A DNA stretch of 63,799 nt, filler included, from Reclinomonas americana ATCC 50394 (GCA_048213135.1; 6 parts of 4 records of this genome joined end to end with filler, not necessarily neighbours in it), one strand, 5' to 3'; shown: positions 1-15,000, numbered from the whole stretch's first letter. The notes: generated from the letters alone by a model not told the origin. Numbers and translations: made by a program.

Positions 1-3000
1 GGTCGCGGTTTGTGCAAGCATTTGCTTCCGCCATTCAACTTTTACACGCACGTGTACTGAGGCTATCCCTGTGCCGTACGCACGCAGATTCTTTCACGCT
101 CCATGAGCGCAGTGGACAGCGGTCCGTTCACTGACCTGTTGGCGCTTCCGCTCTTTGCACACGGAGTGGTGGCTGCGGGACAGGATGTCGAGATGGAGGA
201 GAATGCCTTCTTGCGCGAGGTTGTTGACGGAACCGGTCATGGTGGCGCATTCTATCAGTCACTGGCGGGCAGTGCCGGCAAGGACGAGCGCCAGCTGCAG
301 ACTGTGCCAGTCGGTTGCGTCACTGCATTCCATCGATTGTTGGCTGCACTTTGTGGGCGAGTCGTCGTTGTCTGACTGCATCGTTTTTTCCCCGTGCCAG
401 TGAATGACTTTGTGCGAGCCATGTTTGCTGTGCTGCTGAAGCACCGGCGACTGGTGTCGTACGCCATTGTTGGCGAGCGCTCGCCCGACCTTCTCAAGTC
501 GTACCGCATGGCTCAGAATGTTTCGTGGACTTGAATGTCGGCAGGAGAAGAATGGGCAGAGTGCCACCGGTTGCTGATCTGTGGGGTGGCTTTGTTGCAG
601 CTCCGACAAGTGCTCGCGAGCAAGCAGAGCACGGACCCGCTTCTGACCAAGCAGGAGGCTCTTGCCGCGCTGTGCAAGCCCATGTGGGGACGCTTGGACT
701 TGGTGCTGTCGCTGGCGAGTCGCGCCGATCTTTTGTCGGTGGACGCTGAAGAGTACGGCGATGCCAACGCCATCCAGTCGGCACTTGAGGTGAGTGTGTG
801 TGTAGTTTTATTGCATTTGTTTTCTGCTTGTGTTTCACTCCGGAATCCGCTGCAATAGCCCGTGTCACCTGCCACTCCTGGTCACTCGTGGGGCTGGAAG
901 GTGGTGAAGCGCGCCTTCCGTCAGATGCGCAAGATCACCGATGTGAGTCACTCTTGCCTCGTCTGCAGTCGCACGTGCTGTCGCACTGCTCACGTGCATC
1001 TGCGGCTTGGTTTTCGCAGCTCTCTCGCACCTTCTCGCCCTCGGTGGCACAAAAGGACAGCGCGCTGTTGGAGACCATTACGCAGAATGTTTCGGAACTG
1101 CGTGCCTAGGCCCTCCTGGTAGTGCTGGATTCTTATGCTTGCTCCATGTGCGCACAGATTATCAATTTTGTCGTTCAAAGCGATCACGACGCGGTCGCTG
1201 TGCGCCAGGAGGTGGACCGACAGGTCTCGGAAGCCACACTCCGCAGCAACATTTTCCGCTCGCTGGCTCTCCTGTTCGCCGACAGTCACCGCCACGAGCA
1301 AATGCTGACACTCAGTGTGCTCGAGTGGGTGGCCAATTCGGTCAACAGCCGTCACTACGCTCACGGCCTGCATGTGCGTTTGTGTCATCCGCCCTTGGTG
1401 CTCCCTCCTGGTGAGACTGACCCGACTCGTCTTTTGTTGTTGTTGTTGTGCGCAGGCGTGCACGATTGAGGTTGCGGACAATCTCCGTTCGTCATTCTAC
1501 AGCATGATTCGCGCTGCTGTCGGTGGTTCAGGTTTGTGTTTTGTCTCTCTGTCACGTGTTCGCGCTACTGCTCATTGTTACGCAGCGGCCGGGTTGATTG
1601 AGGTGCCGGATATTACCTCTCCTCTTTCGGCATTGTCGCCAGCCTCTGGCGGCAGTGGCGCCTCGTCTGCCGATGCAGGAACGCCGCTGCGTTCGCTGGC
1701 TCTCTTCCGCAACGTGCTCGGTCTGCGCCTGCTGCTCGGTCCGCACGGTTCCGCGCCCAGTGACGTGCGTGCACTGGTGGAAACTCTTGGCGGTCTCGTG
1801 CGTCCGGACAGTGGCGTGACGGTGCTGTCGGATGCCGTTGGTTCGGCGCTGCGCTCCATGCTCCGTGCGTCGGTGTCAGATGTGGCACCGTTGGTCGAGT
1901 GTGGCAAGCAGGCTGGTCTGCCGGGTCCCACGGGTTCGTCAGTGGTGGAATGTGGGGATGTTTCCGTTCTTCACTGCGTGTGTGCCTGACGTGTGCTGCC
2001 TGCAGTTCACGAATTGCGTCAGGCAAGCTCGCTGGCTCTGATGAGTCTCTCGTGCTTCTTTGGCGCGTCGATTACGCCAGGACAGAGCCACTCGGCCGAC
2101 TCGATCCGTGAGTCTGTCCCTGCAATGTCGCACGTGCTGCAGCCGACTGACCGTCCATCACTGCAGAGTTGCTGGACATGATTGCCGACATGCTGTTCTC
2201 GCTGTTCGGATTGTTGGCCACGGCTCCGCCGAGTGTGAAGGGCTCGTCTGCCGTCGATGCTCTTTTCGAGGCGGCGCACATGTTGATCACGGTCGGCGTG
2301 GCCGCGCGCGAGGTCGACACGACGGACCGCTTGGTCCAGTTCGCCACTGGCACGACAGCCAGTTTTGTGCCTGTCACCGAACGCCATCTCGGCAGCGTGT
2401 TGGCTCTCATTCAGATTACCGAGGGTGTGTGTCCTCGAGGGCGACGATGCAGCTGTGTCGAGTGTTCACACACACATGCTGTGCGTCCGTGTTTACAGAG
2501 TCGCCTGCACTGGAGGACCAAAGTCTGGTGATCATGGCTGTTCATCTCCTCCGTCGCATGGTTCCGCTCTCTGCTTGTGAGTGCTGCCGGTGCCGAGCAG
2601 TGTGCCGCCTGTTCCGCCCCTCACTCACTTTTTTTCTGTTTTTTCTCCACCGGCAGCATTCGATCTCGCACGCGCCCTTCACGAGCAGCGTCCACTGTCG
2701 TACTTCTTGCACGAGGCAGCAAATGGACTGCCCACCATTATCGATGGTGCGCGCTCTTGTCTGTGTGAGACAAGAGTGCATGCCCTTGCTTACCCGTTTT
2801 CTACGGTGTCACACAGCCGAAAGCAGTGAGGCTCGCTCCGTTAACACGGTCAAGGCGCAGTCGTACGTCTTCATGCTTCGCCGATTGGCCAGCGACGCGC
2901 ACTGGGGACCGCAAGTGGCCAGCATGCTGGACGAGGCGCTGCAGCCGCTCGCCGCCAGTGGTGTCGAGGGCATCGAGTCGCTCCCGACTCAGAGTTTCCG

Positions 3001-6000
3001 ATTGGCGCTGGTGGCCATGGCCGTTCTCGGTGGCTACTGGCCTGTGCCAATCGAGGGTGCGACCATTCAGATGGCCGGTCGCGGATCGGGTGTCATTTCT
3101 GCTCGTGATGTTCCCATCCCCGGTCGTTGCACGTGCATCTTTGCGTCGGAGCCGTCGGTGTCGGTGGTGTTCGACACCTCCTCGCTGCAAGCTGTGGACT
3201 CGGTACGTGTTTTTCTACTTGAAATAACTGCTAAACATAAGCTGACCACCTTCTGCTGGCTCGTGTAGGTGGAGCCGCCGCCGCCGGCGTTCTGCGAGAA
3301 GTTGCAGCACTTGCCGGCTGCGCTGACGACTGCCATTAGCCTGTGTGGTGTGGTGGCAGGCCCATCGGTTACGCCGCAACGCTTGGTCGACTCGCTCGCG
3401 CTGCACCTGCGCGGATCCGCTTTGGCCGCCGCCGGTTGTCGTGTGCTCTCCGTACTTTACGACCACGGTGCAGGTGTGTTCCTCTCGCTCCCACAATCGC
3501 AGCTCTTGTTGCAGAGCCACTCACATTCTATGCAGATGCGAGTCCGCCAGTCGTCGGCCTGCTCGTGCGCTTGATGTCAAGCGCTCGCACGACGCGTGGC
3601 GATGAGGTGTTGGGTAGCCTGCGCCGTCGCTTTGCTGCTGTCAAGGTGGCAAGCCGCGGAGGTGAGTGACTTGAGTGGCATGCCCTGTTGCTTTCTTCTC
3701 CTGTTCACACGCGTTTGTGTGCGTGTTCGTGTTTGCATGCAGCTGGTCCGTCCGAGGCCGAAGTTATCAAGTCGCTCTCGTGGCTCCTCCCCGTGGATCG
3801 GTCGTCGGTCGACATGAGTCCGAGCCCGAGCCTGGTCGATGCGTCGCCTGATGTTCTCAGCCTGATGTCGTCTCCNNNNNNNNNNNNNNNNNNNNNNNNN
3901 NNNNNNNNNNNNNNNNNNNNNNNNNNNNNNNNNNNNNNNNNNNNNNNNNNNNNNNNNNNNNNNNNNNNNNNNNNNNNNNNNNNNNNNNNNNNNNNNNNNN
4001 NNNNNNNNNNNNNNNNNNNNNNNNNNNNNNNNNNNNNNNNNNNNNNNNNNNNNNNNNNNNNNNNNNNNNNNNNNNNNNNNNNNNNNNNNNNNNNNNNNNN
4101 NNNNNNNNNNNNNNNNNNNNNNNNNNNNNNNNNNNNNNNNNNNNNNNNNNNNNNNNNNNNNNNNNNNNNNNNNNNNNNNNNNNNNNNNNNNNNNNNNNNN
4201 NNNNNNNNNNNNNNNNNNNNNNNNNNNNNNNNNNNNNNNNNNNNNNNNNNNNNNNNNNNNNNNNNNNNNNNNNNNNNNNNNNNNNNNNNNNNNNNNNNNN
4301 NNNNNNNNNNNNNNNNNNNNNNNNNNNNNNNNNNNNNNNNNNNNNNNNNNNNNNNNNNNNNNNNNNNNNNNNNNNNNNNNNNNNNNNNNNNNNNNNNNNN
4401 NNNNNNNNNNNNNNNNNNNNNNNNNNNNNNNNNNNNNNNNNNNNNNNNNNNNNNNNNNNNNNNNNNNNNNNNNNNNNNNNNNNNNNNNNNNNNNNNNNNN
4501 NNNNNNNNNNNNNNNNNNNNNNNNNNNNNNNNNNNNNNNNNNNNNNNNNNNNNNNNNNNNNNNNNNNNNNNNNNNNNNNNNNNNNNNNNNNNNNNNNNNN
4601 NNNNNNNNNNNNNNNNNNNNNNNNNNNNNNNNNNNNNNNNNNNNNNNNNNNNNNNNNNNNNNNNNNNNNNNNNNNNNNNNNNNNNNNNNNNNNNNNNNNN
4701 NNNNNNNNNNNNNNNNNNNNNNNNNNNNNNNNNNNNNNNNNNNNNNNNNNNNNNNNNNNNNNNNNNNNNNNNNNNNNNNNNNNNNNNNNNNNNNNNNNNN
4801 NNNNNNNNNNNNNNNNNNNNNNNNNNNNNNNNNNNNNNNNNNNNNGTTGGCCACACTGCTGGTTCGGGGTGTATTTTTTATTCTCAAAGCAATTGAGATG
4901 CTTACTTGTGTGTGCAGTCGGAGGCAGCCGGAACTTCTGTCATGTGCGACAAGGGTCACCGGATGCAGATGCTCTGCCGACAATGCCCACCGAGCTATGT
5001 TGCTCGCTACGGACTTGGCGCAAGTGCACAGTGCGATGTGTGCCGTACCAAGAACATTCACCAGCAAGAGCGCATGTGGCATTGCTCGCTGTGCAGCTAC
5101 GATCTTTGCGAGCCATGCGTGAAGAAGGTGAATTTGGGGAAAGTGTTCCGCAACATGCAGCAGTTTTCAAATCGCCACGCTCACCGTGCTTGCCTCGCAG
5201 CGCGTTCCTGGCATCAAGATTGGCGGCAGTGGTGCAAGTGGTAGCGGCGTCGCCGCCCCGGCTGATGTGCCAACATTTGCCACCGCTCCGGAATCCTTCT
5301 GGGCTTCGCGCGGTGACGTTGCTCCGTCGCCCAGTGCCGCCGTATCGGCAGCGCGTCCGCGCGAAGAATTCGCCTCAGCGGCACAGTATGCCGCGTACGT
5401 GGCCCGCACGTTGCGTCTCCCGTGTGTCACTGTGCTTACCTGCTTTGGCGTGCCCTGCTCACCATGTTGTGCACAGTGTCCAACCCGGTACCGAGGTGCG
5501 CATCGGAGCGGAGGATTCTGGCCGTACAGGCCGTGTGGTCAGCGTGGACCGCACGTACCTCAGCCAACTGCGTGCGATGCCGGCCACCACATCGGTGACA
5601 GTCGAGGTATGTTCATCTGTGCCTCGTGAATGGCGTGGAAATCGCGTTGCGTGACCCTCATCTACTGTGTGTACGCGCGCGCGCAGCTGACTGGTGGTGA
5701 GCGTGCCACCTTCCCGGCTGACCAGCTGACACTGGCTGCTGCCGGTGCTGCGGCTGGCGCGCCCGCTGCTGGTGCGTTTCCATTGTGCACACACACATAC
5801 ACACTCATGCTTTCATGCTGTTGCTGAGTTCACCTCTGTCGCACCAGGTTCATCAAGTGCGGCGAGTGTGCGCACGCTGGCGGACTTTGGTGGCGACACG
5901 ACGCAGTACCTGGCGTACCTGCGGACCAATGTGGAGAATGGCACTGTTGTCGTGGCCGCTCGCGATTCGGAAGGCGTGTTTGCCGTCGGCGACCGAGGTT

Positions 6001-9000
6001 TGCGATGCAGACGAGCAGTGCAGTGCTTGCTGTCGGTCAATCTTATATGAAGTATGCTCGCAGGCTCGGTCAACCGCGTGGATGTCGGTGATAACACTCG
6101 CCCATTCCGCGTTCACTGGGACCGTTTCGTGCCGCGCTTCATTTTTGTTTCGTTTACATTGTTGCGTTCGCTTGTTGTTTAATGTCCATCCACAGGAACC
6201 GGTCGCGATTACTGGGTCATGGTGGCCGACATTGCGCTGCCGCCTGCCGAAGGTGCCGCTGCTCCTGCGGCCGCCAGTGGCGTAGCGTCTGCCTCGGCTG
6301 CCAGCGGCAGTGGAAGCGCGTCGCCCAGCTCTCTGTACTCCGACTCACTCGCGGCGCCTGGATGTGCGTGGATGTGCAGTCTGCTATGGTGAACATGCAG
6401 TGACCTCACTGATTTTTTGTGCTGCGCGCAGTCGACGAGACGTCATCTCGTCACGGACTCGGCTCTCTGGTGGAGAAGCTCTCGCCGGGGCAACGACAGG
6501 CTGTGTGGTTCGCGTTGCTGGGCCAGAGTGTTGCTGTGGCCGAGGGCCGTGCAGCTCTGCTCGTCGCCTTCCAGCACTGGCCGACCAACGCGCCGCTGTC
6601 GGTAACCAGCTTGCAGATCGACAGCTGGGATCAAATGTGGAAGGCGGTGCTGCGCTCTGCAGGCACCGTGCTGTCTGATGAAGGTTTTTTTTGACGAAGG
6701 GTTCTACGCAAGTTGCCGTTTGTGTTTGCTACTAATACTCTTTCTCCTCATCACTCAGATGTGTCGAGCTTGGTCGAAGGCCTCTTCACCGCAGTGCGCG
6801 ACCAGCGCGCCCTCGGCTCGCTGGTGAATGTGGCCTTGACGCGTCTCGGCACGCGTCACAACCTGCCCGTGTCGCCGGTGGAAGCTCCGGAGGCTGCTGG
6901 TGCTTTCGCCAACACTTCTGTGCGCTTTGCGCTGTCGGTGCTCGCTTCCAGCGTGCGCCGAGCTGTGGCGCCCGAGGCAATTTTCTCGCCGGATGCGCTG
7001 GAGCGTCTGGTGACGGCTGCCTTCTCGTCGCAGACTCTCGGCTGGTCCCTGCAGGATCGGCTGGTGGCCTTGTACGTGGCTCGAGGTTCGCATCTGCATG
7101 GTGCTCATTTTCGGCACGACTGTTACTGTGGCTAATCTTCCTGCTGTGCAGATATGCTGACATCGTACCCGCGTGAGGCTCAAGGTACGCATACAACAAC
7201 AGTGTTTATTCGTCGTCTCCCAGTTCCACCGCCCCTGTTTACTCACTTGTGCTGTGCGTCTTGTGTTGCAGTGGAGCTGGGCCGTCTGCTGGAGACACTC
7301 GTCACCGAAGCCAAACTGGCCGAGTGCAGCTCGCCGATTGCAGACGTTCAAGTACAAGCGTATGCGGAACTCTTGTACGCCGCCAGCTCGCTTCAGCACT
7401 CCATTCGGCTGTTGCAGCAACCGGTTTGTGCTGCATTCTCGATGCCCCGAGCATGTGCCCGTACTGACCGTGCACCTCCTTTGACCAGCCGTTTGTGCAC
7501 GCCGTGCGTCGCGGCACAGAGGTTTGTCTCTTGCCACCGTCACGCGTGTGTGTGTTTGCTCGCGTCGCTCTGACATTGCCTTATTTTTTCCCGCCAGGTG
7601 CTGTACCACTCTCGCGGCTGCACGCGCGGACCTGCTGTGCGCAAGCAGCACGGCGTGGTCGAAGAGATTGGCATTGCATCTGCTCGCACACCCATGGTTG
7701 CACGAGTGCGCCTGCTCAACAATGGCCTCGGTGGCGACCTGCTGCACGAGCCCATGTCGCAGGGCGTTTCGCCAGTGATTCGTCGTGCTGCTGTCGGGCG
7801 TTGCGTGGACATTTCGTGTGTTTGCCACTCAGATTGTGTGACACTGCGGTGTGCTCACGACGTATGTTTGTGGTGCGCAGCGGTGTGTCTTATGTTTGGC
7901 GATCGCGCCCTTTCCGTCGGTTCTGGCGGGCGTCTGACGTTGACGCCGTTCTCGCGCGACTCGCCGGCGGCGGAGTGCATCTGGGAGGTGACTCGCGACG
8001 GACGCATCGGGCACTCGACTGCCGGGCTCCTGTGTGCCGACTTGTCGAGCGGCCAGCTGCTGGTGCATGGTACGGCGGTTTTCTATATTCTCACGTTCTC
8101 CCCTTCCGGTAGTTGCTTACCCACGTTGCGCAGCTCCGGAGAGCGGTCCGGAATCGAAGATGCCGCCGACGCTGGTCGACCGGTGGTTGGTGCCGTCTGT
8201 GGTGTCTCCGGGTCCGATCCGTTGCCGCCAGACGTTCCAGCCGGTGACCTACAAGACTGGCGTCGACGTTCCGCACTTCCGCCTGTCCACAGTCATCTCC
8301 ACTGCGGTGTCGGTGATTGCTGTCTCCCCTGCGCCATTCGAGGTTTGTTATCCGCGTGCTTGTAGCCTTCGCATTATTTGCTTGCTCACCGCTGTCCTTT
8401 TGCCACAGGTCACTCGTTTCAATGCCCAGGTACTGTGGAGCAAGCTCACGTGAGATCATCGCTTGCACGCACTGACTTATCTCTCCTTTTTCCCTTCTTT
8501 TTTCGACAGGCGGTGATGCCGTTGCAGAACGCCGGTCAGCTGCGCGTGGGCATGTATGTCCGCGTCATTGGCGACGGCGATGAACTGCGTCGACTGTGCA
8601 CGCGCCCTGCTCCGGGCGCCTCTGATCCAGTGGGCTGGGTCGAGGCGATGGCTGCACTTGCTGGCCAGCGTGGCCGTGTGACTGAGGTCATTGGCCCCAA
8701 CTGCCGCATGCAGGCACCGAATCAGCCCCGTCCGTGGGGTCTGCCGTTCGACGCTCTGATTGAGGAGCCGCCGCCACCACCGCCGGTTGTTGGTGCGGCA
8801 CTGACTGGAGTCGACGACATCCAGGCCAACTTGGCTGTGATTGTGGAGCGCGATGCCGCGTTGCTCGAGCAACGCTGCGGCCGCACCGCACCTGGTGCGT
8901 CGTCCAGTGCCGGTTGGAGCTCACGCATGTCGGCGATTGCCGGCGCCCGCGGCGTCATTCGAGTTACGTGTGACTTTGTGTTGTGCCTTGCACAAGATAG

Positions 9001-12000
9001 GTGGGCTCACCGCTTTTGCGCGCACACTGCAGGAGCCAACTGGATCGCGCAACGCACGTGTCATTTTCGACAATGGCGATTCGTGGGCATTGGTGCGCTC
9101 GTTCATTTCATCCCTCTCCCTGTGCATGTGTATCTGCTGCTCACTTTGGTGGCTTGTGGTGCTTTTTTNNNNNNNNNNNNNNNNNNNNNNNNNNNNNNNN
9201 NNNNNNNNNNNNTTAATTAATTAANNNNNNNNNNNNNNNNNNNNNNNNNNNNNNNNNNNNNNNNNNNNAGCCGTGGGATGTGCTGTACCGCGCCGAGGAG
9301 GCGCCTGCTGGTGCTTCCGGTGCCGCCGGATCTGGCGCTGCCGCAGCGGCCCCTGCTGCGGCTGCGGCAGTTGCGCAGCCTGGTGCGGTGCTCGCCAGCG
9401 TGGCCGACTTGACGGTTGGTCTGCACGTGTTTGTGGAGCGCGACGCGGCTGTGTTGCAGCAGCGGTGCGGTCGGACAGCTCCGGGAGCACGGGCCAGTGT
9501 CGGCTGGAACTCCAGCATGGCTCCGATTGCCGGTACTCGTGGTGAAATTCGCGTTGCGTCACCAACTTTTCCTGCGTCACCCTTCGCTTCTTGACACTCA
9601 TCAACTCGCGTGGGTTCACAGGAGGTGACTGCCACGCAGAATGCGCGTGTGCGCTTCGCCAACGGCGACGTGTGGGTGCTGGTGCGTCGTTATTGTTTTC
9701 CGTGGTTGCCTATCTCCTCGNNNNNNNNNNNNNNNNNNNNNNNNNNNNNNNNNNNNNNNNNNNNNNNNNNNNNNNNNNNNNNNNNNNNNNNNNNNNNNNN
9801 NCTGACTCACACACACACACACATATGTATGCATGCTGCAGCCCTTCGACACCCTGTACCGAGTGGCCGAAGTGGTCCCGGCGGCCCCGCCGGCGGCGGC
9901 CGCCGCTGCTGCTGGCGCTGCTGCTGCCGCCGCCGCCCCTGGTGCGGCTGGTGCAGCTCGCCCTGGAGCACTTCTCACTGGCGTCGGTGACCTGGTGGTC
10001 GACCTGCAAGTGTTTGTGGAGCGCGACTCGGCGGTACTGCAGCAGCGGTGCACACGCGCGGCCCCAGGAACACGCACGCACGTCGGCTGGAACTCAAGCA
10101 TGGCGGCCATTGCTGGCAAGCGAGGCGTTGTTCGCGTTGCGTCGCATCGCGTCAAGTGAGCGGCGAGAGTGATGGAAAGCAGAGTGTCTCATTCTTTGTT
10201 TGTCATTGTTGCTGTTGTGCAGGAGGTGACACCGACACAAAATGCTCGTGTGCGCTTTGAGAGCGGCGACATCTGGGTGTTGCCGTGGGACACGTTGTAC
10301 CGTGTGGCTGCCGATGCGCCGGCCGCTGGCTCTGGTTCCGCTCCAGCTGCTGCTGCCGCCGCTGCTGGTGCGGTGGCGCCGGGTGCAGCGCTGGCCAGCG
10401 TGGACGATTTGGTGGCGGGTCTGCCCGTGTTCATCGAGACTGATGTGGCGTTGTTGCGTCAGCGTTGCCAGCGCACAGCCGTCGGTTCCACCACCAGTGT
10501 GCAGTGGAATGGCGATATGGCTGCCGTGGCCGGCACTCGCGGTGTCATTCGAGTTTCGTGATGTGCACAAGAATACGATAGGTTGTCGTTTGCGAGGCAC
10601 TGAAACAGTCGTTGTTAATGTTTAGGATGTCACCTCGTCGNNNNNNNNNNNNNNNNNNNNACAGGGACCTGACGGTATGGGAGAGCGCAATGCGTGCCTT
10701 GTGTGGCACTTTGGGCACTGTGGAGACTGTGGTGCCGGAGGTTGGCGCCATTGTGGCGTTCCCGTCACGCTCGTACTTCCTTCCGTTTGCTGCTCTCGAG
10801 TATCCGGAGGCGCCAGGTGCGGCCAGCAGCTCGGCGGCGTCGGCTGCGGCCGCCGCGCCGACGGTTGCCGCGGTACCGACCTCGCTGACCACGGCTGTGC
10901 CGTCGTTGGGAACTCCGGATCCGCACTGTTGCGTGTGCACGTGCGTGCGAGCATGTGACGCACAAGTTTTTTTGACATGTTCTTCTACTTCAAATACAGG
11001 GAACCCTCTGCAGTCTGCTGTTGTGCAGCAGCAGCTGGCTGGTGTGACCAAGGCGCTGGAAGACCGCATTTCTGTTCGCTTGATGGACTCGCAGGGTCGC
11101 CACTCTGTGTGGTTGGCCCTGCTCCGTCTGCAGGGGGTCTGTGTGTTTGCTGAGTTAATCGCAAGCTGAGGCGCGAGGCTCACGTTGGTATTCTATGATT
11201 GTATCAGGCGTCTGGAGCAGAGTTGGAGACTGGCATGTCGATTCTGCGTGTGCTGCTCAAGAACGGCGGACATGCGCTGGTTGACACGGTGGAGCACCTG
11301 GGCACGCCGTGGCCGCCGGTGGCCTCGCCGATTGTGCTGGAGACACTGCCGGCCCCGGCGCGGGAGCTGCTTACCACAGTGGCGCAGTGGAACTGCTTGA
11401 AGCACGAAGAGCTCGCGGCAGCGCAAGGTCGCCTGCCGACCTCTGAGCGTGAGCTTGTCGACGCCATTGCCGAGCTGCGCTTGCTGCCGGCCCCGACCCA
11501 GTCCATGGCNNNNNNNNNNNNNNNNNNNNNNNNNNNNNNNNNNNNNNNNNNNNNNNNNNNNNNNNNNNNNNNNNNNNNNNNNNNNNNNNNNNNNNNNNNN
11601 NNNNNNNNNNNNNNNNNNNNNNNNNNNNNNNNNNNNNNNNNNNNNNNNNNNNNNNNNNNNNNNNNNNNNNNNNNNNNNNNNNNNNNNNNNNNNNNNNNNN
11701 NNNNNNNNNNNNNNNNNNNNNNNNNNNNNNNNNNNNNNNNNNNNNNNNNNNNNNNNNNNNNNNNNNNNNNNNNNNNNNNNNNNNNNNNNNNNNNNNNNNN
11801 NNNNNNNNNNNNNNNNNNNNNNNNNNNNNNNNNNNNNNNNNNNNNNNNNNNNNNNNNNNNNNNNNNNNNNNNNNNNNNNNNNNNNNNNNNNNNNNNNNNN
11901 NNNNNNNNNNNNNNNNNNNNNNNNNNNNNNNNNNNNNNNNNNNNNNNNNNNNNNNNNNNNNNNNNNNNNNNNNNNNNNNNNNNNNNNNNNNNNNNNNNNN

Positions 12001-15000
12001 NNNNNNNNNNNNNNNNNNNNNNNNNNNNNNNNNNNNNNNNNNNNNNNNNNNNNNNNNNNNNNNNNNNNNNNNNNNNNNNNNNNNNNNNNNNNNNNNNNNN
12101 NNNNNNNNNNNNNNNNNNNNNNNNNNNNNNNNNNNNNNNNNNNNNNNNNNNNNNNNNNNNNNNNNNNNNNNNNNNNNNNNNNNNNNNNNNNNNNNNNNNN
12201 NNNNNNNNNNNNNNNNNNNNNNNNNNNNNNNNNNNNNNNNNNNNNNNNNNNNNNNNNNNNNNNNNNNNNNNNNNNNNNNNNNNNNNNNNNNNNNNNNNNN
12301 NNNNNNNNNNNNNNNNNNNNNNNNNNNNNNNNNNNNNNNNNNNNNNNNNNNNNNNNNNNNNNNNNNNNNNNNNNNNNNNNNNNNNNNNNNNNNNNNNNTC
12401 GTACTGGTACGTCTCTCTCTTTGTGTGTGCACATGGTGATCTCCAGTGCCGGTGACTGACACTCCGTGGCAGCGGTGTACTCGCTGGGTGAGGTCAACAT
12501 TGAGCCGTTCATTGACGTGGCCGACGTGGTGGAAGTGCAAGTCGGCGACGTGTGGCTCGTCGGCGAGGTCGAGTCGGTGATTGACGCACGTGAGGTGCCG
12601 CTGCTGCGCATCTCGACGGGCGTCACCGACGATGGCTCAGTTGAAGCATTCGTCACTCGCACTCGCACTGGTGGGTGCCCTGCTCCCTCCCATCCAATTT
12701 TGTTTTTTGTGTGTGCGTTTTTCTCATGTGGTGGATTCGTTGTTGGCGCAGCAACGCACTTGCCGCTGGATTCGCCGCTGATTGTTCCGTTCCAGTCGTC
12801 GCAACTGGCGGTGGAAGCGGAGCGCAGCACGAGCACTGGCGCCTTGGAGATCAAGGCACCGCTGCTGTGCGTCCTGCACGAGCTGGTGGCGGTCACCAGT
12901 CTGTTGGTGGACGTGGACGAGCCGCCATCCTGGAAGTCTGTCAGTGCGATCGCACAGGAGACGGGTATGCCCGTGCAATGCTGCGCGCATGTTGACGACG
13001 CGCTCTTGGTGGAGAGCGGTGGCTCATCCAGCGACGCGCATCCGGGCTACATGTCCCGCCTGCGTCGCCTGCTGCGGTACGTGTTCTAGCGTGTGCACAC
13101 TCGCACCTCCACACATGTGCTTACGTGACTGGTTGTGTGTGTAGGCAATTCTTCACCCCTGCCGTCGATGCGGTGCTTGTCGACGCCTTGTCCAAGTACG
13201 AGGAGGCCAGCCGAGCGCCATTCAATTTGGGCACCACCGTGGTGTCCCCGGTCGCCGGCTCTCCGCAGGCCGGCTTCTTGCCGCTCGATGTGGCGGCGAA
13301 CTCGCGACTGAATACGGTGACGCAAAAACACAAGCAGCAGTGGTGGACCTGCGAACGTCATTCTCACTTTTGTGCACACAGATTCCTCCCGAGCTTCTGG
13401 CACTCCGCGTGCGTCAGATTGCAGCATTCAACGCCCTGGTCGACACCGGATTGCGCTACGCCGACATGTCGCGTGTGAGCGGCGAGATGGGATCCATGTT
13501 CCCGTCGCTCTTTGGCCGGGTTTGTGACTTTCGCATCCTGCATCGCGACTCTGCACTGACACATTGCCACTCTCTGCTTGCTCAGTTGTTTATTCGCGCC
13601 AAGCGCTACTTGACCGTCGCCCAGTTCCAGCGGATTGCAGCGAGTCTCAGCCCGGCGGCACGACGCGACGGCAGTGGCGCGCAGATTGAGCTGAATCGCG
13701 TCAAGGCCCTTGTGCACCGTCGCAGTTGCGTGTTGTCCCACTTTTCCCCCCTGTGTCACCGCTGCTGTTGCTGACGTGTGCCGTGTTCACAGAGCCGGTG
13801 AAGGATCCGCGCTGCGCCGACACCATCTTCATGCAAGTGTTCAACGCACTGAGTGGCCGACCTGCCGCGTCGCTGGTGGCTGCGGCGCGTGCGTGGAACG
13901 TCAAGTTCCTTGGCGAAGGCGGCATTGATGGAGGTCGGTGTGATCGATGAACCATATTGTTGTCAATAGAACGTGGCTGCTCATGTGCAGGAGATGATGA
14001 CAGGTGCCTTGTATCACGATTCGATTTCGGAGATGGCCACAGAGCTCATGTCCAATGCGCTCCCGCTGCTGATTCCGTCGCCCAACAGTTGCGGCGTGTA
14101 GCGGATTTCGTGTTTTTTTGTTTCATTCTGTCGTCTCACTAGTGTCCGCTGCGCAGCCACCACCGGTGTCGGTGATCGTCGCGGTAGCATGCTTCTCAAT
14201 CCCGAGTCCACCGCCGCCCACCACATGCAAATGTACCGCAACCTGGGTGTGCTGTTTGCCATTGCTTTCAAGCTGAACCAGCCGCTGGATCTGGACATTG
14301 ATTTGGTGGTGTGGAAGGCTCTGGTCGGCGAGGAGATCGATCTGGCTGACATTGGCGGCATGGACCATGCATTCGGTTCGTGCAGTGGCCTGACTTGTGG
14401 CGCTGCGTGTGGTGTGTGATCTCATGATGTGTTTTCGTCATTCCTCGCCACCAGCCACGTGGATCGACTCGTTGCGCAAGGTGGCTGCCAAGGGACCGGA
14501 CGAGGACGGTACGCCGCTTTCCGAGGAGGTGTCGCTCACGTTTGAGATGTCACTCTCCGGCAAGCAAGCCAGCCGCGAGCTCAAACCGAACGGTCGAAAT
14601 ATCACCGTGACGTTGCGTCGCCTGCTGCTCATGTGTGGTCTTGGTTGAGAGCAGGATTTTTTGCTAATTGTGTGTGCAGGTGGGAGACGCTGCCCGAGTA
14701 TATTGACCTGTGTGTTGCTGCCAAGATCTCCGAGGTTTGTGTGGCGAGCAATGTGAGTAGAGTTGACTTGACCGCCGGGGAGCTCACGTGTGGCGTGGGA
14801 TACACACACACAGTCGAAGCGTCAGGTGGAAGCCATTCGCGGAGGCATGTACGAGATTCTGCCGCGCGGTCTGCTGCTCGTCATGTCGGCAGCGCTGCTG
14901 GAGACTCGGGTCTGCGGCGAGCCGAACGTGACGGTGGAGAAGCTCATGGTGCGTGTGTGTGCGCCGTCACCTCTTCTTCTCTTTATACGTGTTTTCGTTC

